This document shows positions 19,833-29,894 of a DNA stretch of 64,000 nt, one piece after another. This DNA is from a bacterium (GTDB lineage: Bacteria; Patescibacteriota; Minisyncoccia; UBA6257; UBA9933). Made by a program: the position numbers and the translations under genes. The notes under the pieces are model-generated. The model saw only the letters and a list, made by a program, of their open reading frames with translations, had not been told where the DNA came from and ran no database searches. The DNA lies in NCBI GenBank assembly GCA_030693235.1, contig JAUYBE010000006.1, positions 139,601-203,600 on the forward strand, written 5' to 3'. The stretch's first letter is position 1, and every line of letters starts with the position of its first letter.

Positions 19833-20380
19833 TGAAATTTTTTATGGATAAATCAATAATTAAAAAAATAAAAGAAGAGTTGGGTTATAAAAATAATCTG
19901 GAAGCTCCGGTAATAGAAAAAATCGTTGTCGGTGTTGGCGTAGGAAGATTGTCGCAGCAACCTAATTTTGAAGAGAAAATTTTGCCGGAACTGATAAAAG
20001 ATCTTTCTTTGATTACCGGTCAGAAACCGGCCGTCTGCAAGGCAAAAAAATCAATTGCCGGTTTTAAGATTCGAATGGGGCAGATTGTCGGTTTAAAAAC
20101 CGTTCTTCGCCGCGGAAGAATGTATGATTTTCTTGAAAAATTGATTAAAATGGTTTTTCCGCGAGTTAGGGATTTTCAAGGGATTGATCTTAAAAACATG
20201 GATGCTCAAGGGAATTTGTCAGTCGGCTTGAAAGAGCATACTGTTTTTCCGGAAATCAATCCTGAAAATTCCAAAGTTGACTTTGGACTGGAAATTAGTA
20301 TTGTAATTAAGGCTAAAACAAAAGAAGAAGCGATAAAATTATACAGATTGTTGGGAATACCGTTAAAAAAACATGGCTAA
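19832..20380 (+). CDS. rplE: 50S ribosomal protein L5
   Basis: ITGQKP...[18 protein letters not shown]; start uncertain (19832 or 19844). Confidence 0.96.
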   Translation: MKFFMDKSIIKKIKEELGYKNNLEAPVIEKIVVGVGVGRLSQQPNFEEKILPELIKDLSLITGQKPAVCKAKKSIAGFKIRMGQIVGLKTVLRRGRMYDFLEKLIKMVFPRVRDFQGIDLKNMDAQGNLSVGLKEHTVFPEINPENSKVDFGLEISIVIKAKTKEEAIKLYRLLGIPLKKHG

Positions 20381-20558
20381 AAAATCAGTAATCGCCAGAG
20401 CGAAAAAAACACCAAAGTATTCAACGCGAATTGTTAATCGTTGTTTTAAGTGCGGTCGAAAGCGCGGTTATCTTCGCGATTTCGGATTGTGCAGAATTTG
20501 TTTCAGAGAAATGGCATCAAAGGGCGAGATACCCGGGGTGAAGAAGGCATCATGGTAA
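20373..20558 (+). CDS. rpsN: 30S ribosomal protein S14 type Z
   Basis: [26 protein letters not shown]. Confidence 0.97.
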   Translation: MAKKSVIARAKKTPKYSTRIVNRCFKCGRKRGYLRDFGLCRICFREMASKGEIPGVKKASW

Positions 20559-20560
20559 AG

Positions 20561-20706
20561 AATAATTCGAGAATAAATTCTCGATTATTCTAATTAAGAA
20601 TTAAGAATGCAGAATTAAGAATTAAAATGAATAATTTAAAAAATATTAAAACGCTAATTCTGAATTTATAATTCTAAATTCTTAATTAGCGAAATGAAAT
20701 TTCGCT
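20561..20706 (+). repeat. Heptamer inverted-repeat element (AATTAAG/AATTCTT) flanked by small palindromes
   Basis: AATTAAGAATTAAGAATGCAGAATTAAGAATT...AATTCTGAATTTATAATTCTAAATTCTTAATT; AGCGAAAT-GAA-ATTTCGCT abuts ATG. Confidence 0.75.
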
Positions 20707-21087
20707 ATGTATACAGATTTATTAATAAAACTTAAAAACGCCCAGGCGGTAAAAAAAGAAAGCGTTAAAATCCATTATTCAAAAATGGATGAGCGGATTC
20801 TTGAAGTTTTAAAAGAAAATAATTATATAAAAGATTTTGATAAAAAAGGAAAAGGAACGAAGCGAGTGATGGAGATTGAATTAAAATATTACAACGAAGG
20901 AAAAGCGATAAGCGGAATTAAATTTATCAGTAAACCGTCGCGCCGAATTTATATCGGTTACAAAGATATCAGAGCCACAAAGCACGGTTATGGTTTGTCG
21001 GTTGTTTCAACGCCGAAAGGAATTATAACCGGCAAAGAGGCGAGGAAAATAAAAGTCGGCGGAGAGATGTTGTTTGAGATATGGTAA
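20707..21087 (+). CDS. rpsH: 30S ribosomal protein S8
   Basis: ISKPSRRIY, VSTPKG, VGGE. Confidence 0.97.
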   Translation: MYTDLLIKLKNAQAVKKESVKIHYSKMDERILEVLKENNYIKDFDKKGKGTKRVMEIELKYYNEGKAISGIKFISKPSRRIYIGYKDIRATKHGYGLSVVSTPKGIITGKEARKIKVGGEMLFEIW

Positions 21088-21090
21088 GAG

Positions 21091-21180
21091 CATACGAAAA
21101 TACGAAAACATACGAAAAATACGAAAACTAACTTTCGTACATTCGTACAATTTCGTACTTTCGTAAGAAAACTTCGTATG
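21091..21180 (+). repeat. Family B hairpin, copy 2, includes rplF ATG
   Basis: Near-identical to 12065-12153. Confidence 0.92.
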
Positions 21181-21723
21181 AGTAAAATCGGCAAAAAACC
21201 AATAATTATTCCCGATAACGTCGAGTTTAAAATAAACGGCGGTTTTTTGGAATTAAAAGGCGCCAGCGGCGTTCTTAGTTTAAAAATTCTTCCTTATATA
21301 AAAGTTAAATCGGAAGACAAAACTATTTCATTTGCTCCGGAAAATGATTCAAAACAGGCCAGAGCCAATTGGGGAACTATAAGAGCGTTAACTTTTAATG
21401 CCGTTATCGGTGTTGCTCAGGGATTTAATAAAATTCTGGAAATTGAAGGCGTCGGTTTTAAAGCGAATATGGAAGGCGATATTTTAGTGTTGAATATAGG
21501 TTATTCTCATCCGGTAAAATTTGTCTCTCCGGAAGGCGTTAAAATTTCCGTTGAAAAAAATACCATTAAAGTTTCAGGAATCGATAAATCTCTAGTCGGC
21601 GAGACGGCGGCTAAAATAAGAGCTTTAAAGAAACCGGAACCGTATAAAGGGAAGGGTATTAAATATCAAGGTGAAGTAATCCGTCGAAAAGCCGGAAAGA
21701 AGGTGGCCGGAGCGGCTAAATAA
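21178..21723 (+). CDS. rplF: 50S ribosomal protein L6
   Basis: MSKIGKKP, GYSHP, PEPYKGKGI. Confidence 0.98.
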   Translation: MSKIGKKPIIIPDNVEFKINGGFLELKGASGVLSLKILPYIKVKSEDKTISFAPENDSKQARANWGTIRALTFNAVIGVAQGFNKILEIEGVGFKANMEGDILVLNIGYSHPVKFVSPEGVKISVEKNTIKVSGIDKSLVGETAAKIRALKKPEPYKGKGIKYQGEVIRRKAGKKVAGAAK

Positions 21724-21750
21724 ATGTAAAAATCAAATTAAATTTTATTC

Positions 21751-22119
21751 ATGACTAAAACCAAGGTATTAAATAAAATAAGAGAGCGAAGAAAGAAACG
21801 GACACGAGCAAAAATCCATGGAACCGCCGAAAAGCCGCGGCTTTCGGTTTTCCGGTCTAATCGTTATACTTATGTACAATTGATTGATGACGAAAAGGGA
21901 AAGACTTTGGTTGGCGCCTCCAGCAGAGAAATTAAAAAGTCAAAGATTAAAAGTCAAGAGTCAAAGGTTGCTTTGGCTGGGCAGTTAGGGGAATTGATTG
22001 CGAAAAAAGCCGTCGAAAAAGGCATTGGAAAAGCGGTTTTTAATCGGGGAAATTATAAATATCACGGTCGAGTCAAAGCCGTGGCGGAAGGGGCAAGAAA
22101 AGAAGGACTGCAATTATAA
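21751..22119 (+). CDS. rplR: 50S ribosomal protein L18
   Basis: [22 protein letters not shown]. Confidence 0.98.
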   Translation: MTKTKVLNKIRERRKKRTRAKIHGTAEKPRLSVFRSNRYTYVQLIDDEKGKTLVGASSREIKKSKIKSQESKVALAGQLGELIAKKAVEKGIGKAVFNRGNYKYHGRVKAVAEGARKEGLQL

Positions 22120-22129
22120 GTATTTTACT

Positions 22130-22603
22130 ATGCGAGAATTTAAAAAGAAAAGCGAATATAAGGAAAAAGTATTGGATATGCGTCGGGTTACGCGTGTGGT
22201 TGCCGGCGGCAAGCGATTTCGTTTTCGAGCGACCGTTATTATCGGCGATGAAAAAGGAAGAGTTGGCGTGGGGATAGCTAAGGGATTGGATGTCGCGCAA
22301 GCCATTGATAAAGCCAAAACAGACGCCAGAAAACATCTAATAACGGTTTTTTTGGAAAAACGAACTATTCCTTACGAATCTGAAGCGAAATTCAGCGCCG
22401 CGAAAGTTATTATTAAGCCCGCCAAGGCGGGTCATGGACTTAAAGCCGGCGGAGCGGTAAGACAAGTTTTGCTTTTAGCCGGGGTAAGAGACGCGACAGC
22501 AAAGTGTTTGGGCGGAACGAAAAATAAACTAACTAATGCGATGGCGACGATAGAAGCCCTGAAAAAATTAAAAAATTGCAAGATTGAAAAATTGAAAAAT
22601 TAA
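22130..22603 (+). CDS. rpsE: 30S ribosomal protein S5
   Basis: RVTRVVAGGKRFRF, PA..G.GL.AGG; start at 22130. Confidence 0.97.
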   Translation: MREFKKKSEYKEKVLDMRRVTRVVAGGKRFRFRATVIIGDEKGRVGVGIAKGLDVAQAIDKAKTDARKHLITVFLEKRTIPYESEAKFSAAKVIIKPAKAGHGLKAGGAVRQVLLLAGVRDATAKCLGGTKNKLTNAMATIEALKKLKNCKIEKLKN

Positions 22604-22636
22604 TCTTTAAATCTTTCAATTAGCAATCTTTCAATA
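22562..22636 (+). repeat. Octamer inverted-repeat element, copy 2; left arm forms the rpsE C-terminus
   Basis: AAAATTAAAAAATTGCAAGATTGAAAAATTGAAAAATT-AATCTTTAAATCTTTCAATTAGCAATCTTTCAAT. Confidence 0.75.
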
Positions 22637-22643
22637 GTTTTAT

Positions 22644-23060
22644 ATGCAACTTCATCAACTTAAGCCAACAACTAAATCAAAAAACAAAAAGCGTATTGGA
22701 CGCGGCGGTAAGCGCGGCACTTATTCTGGTCGAGGGCAAAAAGGCCAGAAATCGCGCGCTGGTCATGTCATTCGTCCCGCCGAGCGGGATTTAATTCAAC
22801 GGTTGCCGAAGCTTCGAGGGCATAAGTTTAAGTCGCTGAAAATAAAACCGATTGTTTTGAATTTGGGCAATTTAGAAAAAATGAAAGGCGACGTAATTAA
22901 TATGAAAACCATCCTGGAAGCGGGCTTGATTAGAAAGTCCGACAAAGAGGTTAAAATTTTAGGCAAAGGCGCGATTAAAAAGCCAATTAAAATTGAAGGA
23001 TTAAAAATTTCAAAAAGCGCCAAGAAAAAAATAGAATCCGCCGGCGGCAGTGTTTCGTGA
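22644..23060 (+). CDS. rplO: 50S ribosomal protein L15
   Basis: R.GRG..RG..SGRG.KGQKSR, RLPK, KILG.G. Confidence 0.97.
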   Translation: MQLHQLKPTTKSKNKKRIGRGGKRGTYSGRGQKGQKSRAGHVIRPAERDLIQRLPKLRGHKFKSLKIKPIVLNLGNLEKMKGDVINMKTILEAGLIRKSDKEVKILGKGAIKKPIKIEGLKISKSAKKKIESAGGSVS

Positions 23061-23098
23061 ATTATGAATTATGAATAATGAATTAAGTTTTAAATTTC

Positions 23099-24367
23099 AT
23101 GAATAAGTTTCTTCAAATCTTCAAAATCAAAGAATTGCGCAATAAAATTTTAGTGGTGGCTTTTTTGTTGCTGTCTTTCCGCGCTTTGGCGGTAATTCCC
23201 GTTCCCGGCGTTGATATTTTGCGCTTAAAGGAGTTTTTCGCCTCCAATCAATTATTCGGTTTTTTGAATCTTTTTTCCGGCGGCGCTTTGGCTAATTTAT
23301 CAATTGTTATGTTGGGGGTGGCTCCTTACATTACAGCCACCATTATTATGCAGCTTTTGACAATGATTTTCCCGAAATTGAAAGCGATGTATCACGAAGA
23401 AGGCGCTGTCGGCAAAGCGAAATTTAATCGTTATTCTCGCTACTTGACCGTTCCTTTGGCAGGTCTTCAATCGTACGGTTTTTTAAATCTTTTGATTTCT
23501 CAAGGAGCGTTGCCGGTTTTAGGGTTATTTGATTTAATAAGAAATGTCGTTATTATTTCCGCTGGTTCCATAATTTTGGTTTGGCTCGGGGAATTAATAA
23601 CCGAACAAAAAATTGGCAATGGTATTTCTTTGATTATTTTTGCCGGCATTGTCAGCGGTTTGCCAACAACTGTTTGGCAGGCAATTACCGCCTATGATCC
23701 GGCGATTTTGCCGACTTATATTGTTTTTATTATTGTGGCGATTTTAGTAATTGCCGGTGTGGTTTTTATTAACGAAGGGGAGAGAAAAATTCCGATTGCT
23801 TACGCCAAGCGCGTCAGGGGAATGAAAATGTACGGCGGCTCCTCGAGTTATTTGCCGCTCAAAGTCAATCAAGCCGGCGTGATTCCCATAATTTTTGCCA
23901 TTTCTATTTTGCTTTTTCCGCAATTTTTCGCGCAGGCAGTGTCGATTTTTTCCAAAGATTTATCTCTTAAGCTTATTGATTTGGTTAATAATGTTTTTAA
24001 TAATCTATATCTTTACAGTTTGTTTTATTTCGGATTGGTGGTTATTTTTACTTATTTTTACACGGCCGTCACTTTTGATCCGAAAGAAATTTCAAAAAAT
24101 CTCCAACGCGCCGGCGGTTTTATTTCGGGTATCAGGCCGGGCGATTCAACTTCAGGTTTTCTTTCTAAAATCATTAGCCGCTTGACTCTTTCTGGAGCGA
24201 TATTTTTAGGATTGGTGGCAATTTTGCCGAATTTAACGCAGATGGTTACCGGTATTACTATTTTAACCATCGGCGGCACGGCGCTGTTGATTGTTGTTTC
24301 GGTGGCTTTGGAAACAATTAGGCAGATTAATTCGCAATTAGTGATGAGGGAGTATGAGGAAATATAG
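23099..24367 (+). CDS. secY: Preprotein translocase SecY
   Basis: LGVAPYITA.II.QLL, GNGISLIIFAGI, GIRPG, GGT.LLIVV.V. Confidence 0.99.
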   Translation: MNKFLQIFKIKELRNKILVVAFLLLSFRALAVIPVPGVDILRLKEFFASNQLFGFLNLFSGGALANLSIVMLGVAPYITATIIMQLLTMIFPKLKAMYHEEGAVGKAKFNRYSRYLTVPLAGLQSYGFLNLLISQGALPVLGLFDLIRNVVIISAGSIILVWLGELITEQKIGNGISLIIFAGIVSGLPTTVWQAITAYDPAILPTYIVFIIVAILVIAGVVFINEGERKIPIAYAKRVRGMKMYGGSSSYLPLKVNQAGVIPIIFAISILLFPQFFAQAVSIFSKDLSLKLIDLVNNVFNNLYLYSLFYFGLVVIFTYFYTAVTFDPKEISKNLQRAGGFISGIRPGDSTSGFLSKIISRLTLSGAIFLGLVAILPNLTQMVTGITILTIGGTALLIVVSVALETIRQINSQLVMREYEEI

Positions 24368-24457
24368 TAAAAGTTAAAAGTTCATAAAGTTCATAAAGTT
24401 TATAAAGTCGCGGATTAAAACACTTTATAACATTATAACTTTCAACTTTATAAACTA
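24368..24457 (+). repeat. Nonamer inverted-repeat element (TAAAGTTCA/ACTTTATAA)
   Basis: TAAAAGTTAAAAGTTCATAAAGTTCATAAAGTTTATAAAGT...ACTTTATAACATTATAACTTTCAACTTTATAAAC. Confidence 0.75.
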
Positions 24458-24460
24458 ATA

Positions 24461-25198
24461 ATGATAGCAATCATAATGTATGGTCCTCCGGGCTCCGGTA
24501 AAGGAACTCAGGCTAAGCTTTTAGCCGATAAATTCGGGTTGATTCATTTTGACACAGGGAAATACATTGAACGAGTTGTTCACAATTCAAAAAATAAAAA
24601 AAATAAAATAATTCAAAAACAGCGCGAATTATTTGATTCCGGAATTTTATGCGATCCTTCTTGGGTTTTTAAAATTGTAAGCGAAAAAACTCGCCAGTTG
24701 GTTAAAATTGGTTTTGGTATTGTCTTTAGCGGCTCCCCCCGGACGTTTTACGAAACCTTTGGCATAAAACACGAAACAGACGCGAAAATTAAAAAAAACA
24801 CGAAACAGACGCGAAAATTAACAAGGGGTTTAATTGATATTTTAGAAAAATATTACGGCAAGAAAAATGTTTTTGTTTTTAATATTGATATTTCCGATAA
24901 AAATTCAATCAAAAGAAACGGCAATCGTTTAATGTGCTCGGTTTGCGGGACTCAGATATTAAATAAAGTTTTAAAGTTTAAAAGTTTAAAAGTTTCAAAG
25001 TGTCCGTTTTGCGGCGGAAAACTTTATCGCCGGACATTAGACAAACCGGAAATCATTAAAGTAAGATTAAAAGAATATCGGGAAAGAACATTGCCGATTC
25101 AAAAAGAATTGAAAAAACGCGGTTATAAAATTATTGATATTAATGGCGAGTCCTTGCCGGAAAAAGTTCATAAAAAAATATCTTCTTATTTAACTTAG
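24461..25198 (+). CDS. adk: Adenylate kinase
   Basis: GPPGSGKGTQA, G.PR, CxxC/CxxC zinc lid; position after secY. Confidence 0.9.
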   Translation: MIAIIMYGPPGSGKGTQAKLLADKFGLIHFDTGKYIERVVHNSKNKKNKIIQKQRELFDSGILCDPSWVFKIVSEKTRQLVKIGFGIVFSGSPRTFYETFGIKHETDAKIKKNTKQTRKLTRGLIDILEKYYGKKNVFVFNIDISDKNSIKRNGNRLMCSVCGTQILNKVLKFKSLKVSKCPFCGGKLYRRTLDKPEIIKVRLKEYRERTLPIQKELKKRGYKIIDINGESLPEKVHKKISSYLT

Positions 25199-25199
25199 A

Positions 25200-25964
25200 A
25201 TGGTCAATACTTATTCTTTTTCTGAAATTAAAAAAATCGTCTTAGCCGGCAAAATTTTGGCGAAAATTTTGGAAACCGTTAAAAAAGAAGTAAAAGTCGG
25301 AGTTAGTTTAAGACATTTAGATAGATTAGCTTTTCAGCTTGCTAAAAAATACAAAGCCAGACCTGCTTTTTTGGGTTATCAACCGGATAACGCCTCAAAA
25401 CCGTTTGGCGGCTCAATTTGCGCTTCGATTAACGACGTAATTGTTCACGGTTTGCCTTCGGATTATAAACTTCAAAACGGCGATGTTTTGAAAATTGATT
25501 TTGGAATTGAGTACCAAAGTTTTTTTGCTGACGCCGCGATTACTATTGGTATTGACGAGATTTCCAAAGAAACAAAACATTTAATTGAAACAACCGAATC
25601 GGCTTTAAAAAAAGCGATTAAAATGGCGAAGCCGGGAAGAACTTTGGGCGATATCGGCTGGATTATTGAAAAAACCGCGGAGGATAACGGATTAAAAGTA
25701 ATAAAAGATTTAACCGGCCATGGTATCGGTAGAGAACTTCACGAAGACCCCGTGATTTATAATTTTGGCAAAAAGGCAAGCGGGATTAAATTGGAACCAG
25801 GAATGGTTTTGGCAATTGAACCGATGTTCTCCATTGGTTCCGGAAAAATTATCCAACGTCCGGACGAAAGTTGGGCGACAGAAGACGGCTCTTTATCGGC
25901 TCATTTTGAGCATACAATCGCGATTACCGAAAAGGGATCACAGATATTAACCATTAACAATTGA
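25200..25964 (+). CDS. map: Methionine aminopeptidase type I
   Basis: S.ND.IVHG.P, GHGIG..LHEDP, AIEPM, SAHFEHT. Confidence 0.97.
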   Translation: MVNTYSFSEIKKIVLAGKILAKILETVKKEVKVGVSLRHLDRLAFQLAKKYKARPAFLGYQPDNASKPFGGSICASINDVIVHGLPSDYKLQNGDVLKIDFGIEYQSFFADAAITIGIDEISKETKHLIETTESALKKAIKMAKPGRTLGDIGWIIEKTAEDNGLKVIKDLTGHGIGRELHEDPVIYNFGKKASGIKLEPGMVLAIEPMFSIGSGKIIQRPDESWATEDGSLSAHFEHTIAITEKGSQILTINN

Positions 25965-26001
25965 CTATTAACCATTGACCGCATAGAATATTCTTATTAA
26001 A

Positions 26002-26751
26002 ATGAAACCTTATCTTTCCGTCATCATTCCTGCTTATAACGAGGCCAAGCGTTTGCCGCTGACTTTAATTGATATTGACAAGCATCTTAAAAGCGCGGAT
26101 TTTTCTTATGAAATTATTGTTGTTGATAATAATTCCACCGATGCCACGCCGGCAGTCGTTGAAAGATTTTCGCATTTGATTGAAAATTTAAAATTAATAG
26201 AATGTCATATTCCGGGCAAAGGAGCGGCGGTAAAAAAGGGGATGCTTGAAGCAAAGGGTGAAATCCGGATTTTCACGGATGCGGATAATTCCACTTCAAT
26301 CGACCAATTCAATAAAATGATTCCTTATTTTTGTAGAAGCGGAACTACGCGGAATAAAATAGGATATGATATCGTAATCGGTTCCCGAGACATTGAAGGC
26401 GCTAAATTAATTCCATCTCAACCATGGTATAAAAGGCTGGCGGGCAATCTTGGCAATTTATTTATTCAATTTATGCTTTTGCCCGGAATTTGGGATACCC
26501 AGTGCGGTTTTAAAGCGTTTACCGAAGAAGCGGCCGAGAAAATTTTTCCCTTAATAAAAATCAGCCGTTGGGGGTTTGACGTTGAAATTTTGGCTTTGGC
26601 GAAAAAATTCGGCTATAAAATTAAAGAAATTCCCGTTGTCTGGGTGAATAATCCGTTTTCGTATGTCAAAGCATCGGCGTATATTCAGGTTTTGTTGGAA
26701 GTGGTGAAAATAAAATGGTGGATAATAACAAATAAATATAAAATAAAATAA
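26002..26751 (+). CDS. GT2 glycosyltransferase (dolichyl-phosphate glucosyl/mannosyltransferase-like)
   Basis: SVIIPAYNE, DAD, DTQCGFK, WGFDVE. Confidence 0.9.
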   Translation: MKPYLSVIIPAYNEAKRLPLTLIDIDKHLKSADFSYEIIVVDNNSTDATPAVVERFSHLIENLKLIECHIPGKGAAVKKGMLEAKGEIRIFTDADNSTSIDQFNKMIPYFCRSGTTRNKIGYDIVIGSRDIEGAKLIPSQPWYKRLAGNLGNLFIQFMLLPGIWDTQCGFKAFTEEAAEKIFPLIKISRWGFDVEILALAKKFGYKIKEIPVVWVNNPFSYVKASAYIQVLLEVVKIKWWIITNKYKIK

Positions 26752-26753
26752 TT

Positions 26754-27209
26754 ATGCAACATCATCTTACCAAAGAAGGTTTAGAGGAATTAAAAAAGGA
26801 ATTGGAGTCTTTTAAAAAAGAAGGCCGTCAGGAAATTGCCGAACGATTAAAACGCGCCAAAGAATACGGCGACCTTTCGGAGAATTCGGAATACGCTGAT
26901 GCCAAAGAATCCCAAACCAAACTTGAAAGCCGGATTTTTGAATTGGAAAAAATAATCAGAAACGCGGTTTTGATTAAAAAGAGCGTCTATAAAGACAAGG
27001 TAAATATTGGCTCAACTATTGAAGTTCAAAAAGGAAGTAAGATGTTTAAATACACGATTGTCGGTTCAAAAGAAGCGCGGCCGGAAGCGAATTTAATTTC
27101 CAACGAGTCGCCGTTGGGCAAAGCGTTTTTGGGCGGAAAAATCGGAGACAAAGTTGAGATTAATACGCCTAATGGAGAAGTTGATTATAAAATAATAAAA
27201 ATAGAGTAG
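26754..27209 (+). CDS. greA: Transcription elongation factor GreA
   Basis: GDLSENSEY, ISNESPLGKA. Confidence 0.97.
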   Translation: MQHHLTKEGLEELKKELESFKKEGRQEIAERLKRAKEYGDLSENSEYADAKESQTKLESRIFELEKIIRNAVLIKKSVYKDKVNIGSTIEVQKGSKMFKYTIVGSKEARPEANLISNESPLGKAFLGGKIGDKVEINTPNGEVDYKIIKIE

Positions 27210-27210
27210 C

Positions 27211-28569
27211 ATGCTCGAAGACATTATTAAAGAAAGACAGTGTAAGTTGGAAAACCTTATTCAGGCGGGCATTGACCCTTATCCGTCAAAAATTAGGCGA
27301 ACGCTTTCCGTCGCCGAAGCTCTTAAAAAATTCAATCAATTATCGGCCGCTAAAAAATCGATTTTTCTCGTCGGCAGGATAATCGGTTTGCGTGACCAGG
27401 GCAACCTGATTTTTATTGATATAAAAGATGGGAGCGGATCGGCCTCAAAGGGGAATGAAGGCAAAATTCAAGCCGTTCTTAAAAAAAATAATCTTGCGAA
27501 TTTTAAAGTTCTGAAGCAAAATTTGGATATCGGCGATTTTTTGGAAATCGGCGGTCCGCTTTTTAAAACTTTAAAAGGCGAAAAAAGCGTTGATGTAAAA
27601 AAAGCCGAAATTATTGTTAAAAGCTTGCGGCCATTGCCGAGTCAGTGGCACGGACTTAAAGACGTTGAAGAACGATATCGTAAGCGGTATTTGGATATCA
27701 TCTTAAATCCGCAAATAAAAGAAAGCATACAGAAGCGCTCGGAAATCGTTCAAAAAATAAGAACCGATTTGTCAAAAGACGGTTTTTTGGAGGTGGAAAC
27801 GCCAATTTTACAATCTTTGGCCGGCGGCGCTTTGGCGCGGCCCTTTATCACCCATCACAACGCTTTAAACTGCGATTTTTATTTGAGAATCGCGCCCGAG
27901 CTTTATTTAAAAAGACTATTGGTTGCCGGTTTTGAAAAAATTTTTGAAATCGGACGGGTTTTTAGAAACGAGGGCATTGATCGGGAACACAACCCTGAAT
28001 TTACCATGCTGGAACTTTACTGGGCTTATCAGAATTGGGAAGGATTAATGAAATTTACAGAAAAACTTCTTAAAAAATTTATTCCCGGAAAATGGGAGAA
28101 AATCACTTACGGACAAGTTATTAAAAAATATACCAAACGCGACCTTAAAGATTTAAAGCCGGAAGAGATTGACGAAATTTTTAAAAAAGAAGCACGGCCG
28201 AAAATCATTAAACCGACCTTTGTCACTCATTACCCGAAATCAATTTCGCTTTTGGCGAAGTCTTGTTCGGATAATCCTGAATTGACTGAAAGATTTCAGT
28301 TGATAGTGGATGGTATGGAAATCGTTAATGGTTTTTCCGAATTAAACGACCCGATAGATCAGCGCGAGCGAATGAAGGAGCAAGAAAAAAAATATCATAA
28401 GGGCGACAAGGAAGCTTCGCGGCTGGACGAAGATTTTTTGGAGGCGATTGAATATGGTATGCCGCCGGCGGCCGGTCTCGGCATCGGCATAGATCGCACG
28501 GTCTCTTTAATTACCAAAAACCGCAACATCAAAGAAGTAATCATATTTCCGACATTAAAGCCAAAATAA
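27211..28569 (+). CDS. lysS: Lysyl-tRNA synthetase (class II)
   Basis: YLRIAPEL.LKRL, FRNEG...HNPEFT, GMPP.AG.G.G.DR. Confidence 0.97.
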   Translation: MLEDIIKERQCKLENLIQAGIDPYPSKIRRTLSVAEALKKFNQLSAAKKSIFLVGRIIGLRDQGNLIFIDIKDGSGSASKGNEGKIQAVLKKNNLANFKVLKQNLDIGDFLEIGGPLFKTLKGEKSVDVKKAEIIVKSLRPLPSQWHGLKDVEERYRKRYLDIILNPQIKESIQKRSEIVQKIRTDLSKDGFLEVETPILQSLAGGALARPFITHHNALNCDFYLRIAPELYLKRLLVAGFEKIFEIGRVFRNEGIDREHNPEFTMLELYWAYQNWEGLMKFTEKLLKKFIPGKWEKITYGQVIKKYTKRDLKDLKPEEIDEIFKKEARPKIIKPTFVTHYPKSISLLAKSCSDNPELTERFQLIVDGMEIVNGFSELNDPIDQRERMKEQEKKYHKGDKEASRLDEDFLEAIEYGMPPAAGLGIGIDRTVSLITKNRNIKEVIIFPTLKPK

Positions 28570-28570
28570 T

Positions 28571-29833
28571 ATGTTAGATATTAATTTTATCCGTCAAAAT
28601 TCGGAAGAAGTCAAAAAAGGCGTTGCCGCCAAAAATGTAAATCCTCAATTAGTGGATGATTTTTTGGTTTTGGATAATGAATGGCGAGAGTTGGTCAAAG
28701 AAACCGATGATTTGCGGGCAGAACAGAAGAAGCTTTCCGAAGAGCGTAAAATCAATGAAGCAAAAGAATTAAAAAATAAAATTCAAAATCTGGAAGAAAG
28801 ATTGAAGCAAGTTGAAACCGAACGTCAGAAAATTTTATACCAATTGCCGAATTTGCCGTTAGAAGACGTACCGGTAGGCAAAAATGAAAGCGAAGATATT
28901 GTTTTACGCGAAGTGGGTGAAAAGTTAAGCTTTGACTTTGAACCGAAAGATTATTTGGAGCTCGCCGAAAAATTGGATTTAATTGACATTAAACGCGCTT
29001 CAAAAGTTTCAGGAAGCCGCTTCGGTTATTTAAAAAATCAAGCGGCGCTTTTGGAATTCGCTTTGATTAAATTAGCATTAGACACAGCGGCCAAACATGG
29101 ATTTACGCCGATTATTCCGCCGGTGATGATTAAAGAAGAAATGATGAAAGGAATGGGATATATTCAAAGTTCAATGTTAGACGAGGAAGTTTATTTTTTA
29201 AGAGACGATGATTTGGTTTTGGTTGGAACTTCCGAGCAGTCTCTCGGCCCGATGCATAGCGATGAGATTTTTGAAGAAAAAGATTTGCCCAAAAGATATG
29301 TGGCTTTTTCAACCTGTTTTCGCCGCGAAGCTGGTTCTTATGGAAAAGACACCAAAGGCATTTTAAGGGTTCATCAATTTGATAAAATAGAAATGTTTAT
29401 ATTTTCACTTCCAGAAAATTCATTAAAAGAACATCTGTTAATGCTGAAAATTGAGGAAGAATTAATGCGGGAATTAGGAATCCCTTATCGGGTTGTTCAG
29501 CTTTGCACGGGCGATATAGCTCAGCCGTCGGCTTCCACTTATGATATTGAGGCGTGGCTACCGGGCCAAAACAACGGCAAGGGCCAGTATCGTGAAACTC
29601 ACTCCACTTCCAATTGCACCGATTTCCAAGCCCGAAGATTAAATATCCGTTATAAACCCCTAAAACCTAAAACCCAAAACCTAAAACCTAATTACGTTCA
29701 CACCCTAAACGGCACCGCTTTCGCAATTGGCAGAATGCTTATCGCCATCATTGAAAATTACCAACAAAAAGACGGTTCGGTTTTAATGCCGAAAGTTTTG
29801 CAAAAGTACTTAGGATTCAAGAAAATTGAATAA
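28571..29833 (+). CDS. serS: Seryl-tRNA synthetase
   Basis: GTSE, FRREAG, R.HQF.K.E, SNCTDFQARR, HTLNGT. Confidence 0.98.
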   Translation: MLDINFIRQNSEEVKKGVAAKNVNPQLVDDFLVLDNEWRELVKETDDLRAEQKKLSEERKINEAKELKNKIQNLEERLKQVETERQKILYQLPNLPLEDVPVGKNESEDIVLREVGEKLSFDFEPKDYLELAEKLDLIDIKRASKVSGSRFGYLKNQAALLEFALIKLALDTAAKHGFTPIIPPVMIKEEMMKGMGYIQSSMLDEEVYFLRDDDLVLVGTSEQSLGPMHSDEIFEEKDLPKRYVAFSTCFRREAGSYGKDTKGILRVHQFDKIEMFIFSLPENSLKEHLLMLKIEEELMRELGIPYRVVQLCTGDIAQPSASTYDIEAWLPGQNNGKGQYRETHSTSNCTDFQARRLNIRYKPLKPKTQNLKPNYVHTLNGTAFAIGRMLIAIIENYQQKDGSVLMPKVLQKYLGFKKIE

Positions 29834-29894
29834 TCCACGCGACTCGAAGGAGATTTTGGAAATTATCCAACAAGAAAATTAGACGAATAAATTT

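Noticed and set aside
11886-21194. Minus-strand ORFs 11886-12191 and 20988-21194 sharing [17 protein letters not shown]
   Set aside because: The shared peptide is just the antisense translation of the family B repeat, and the ORFs overlap real genes.
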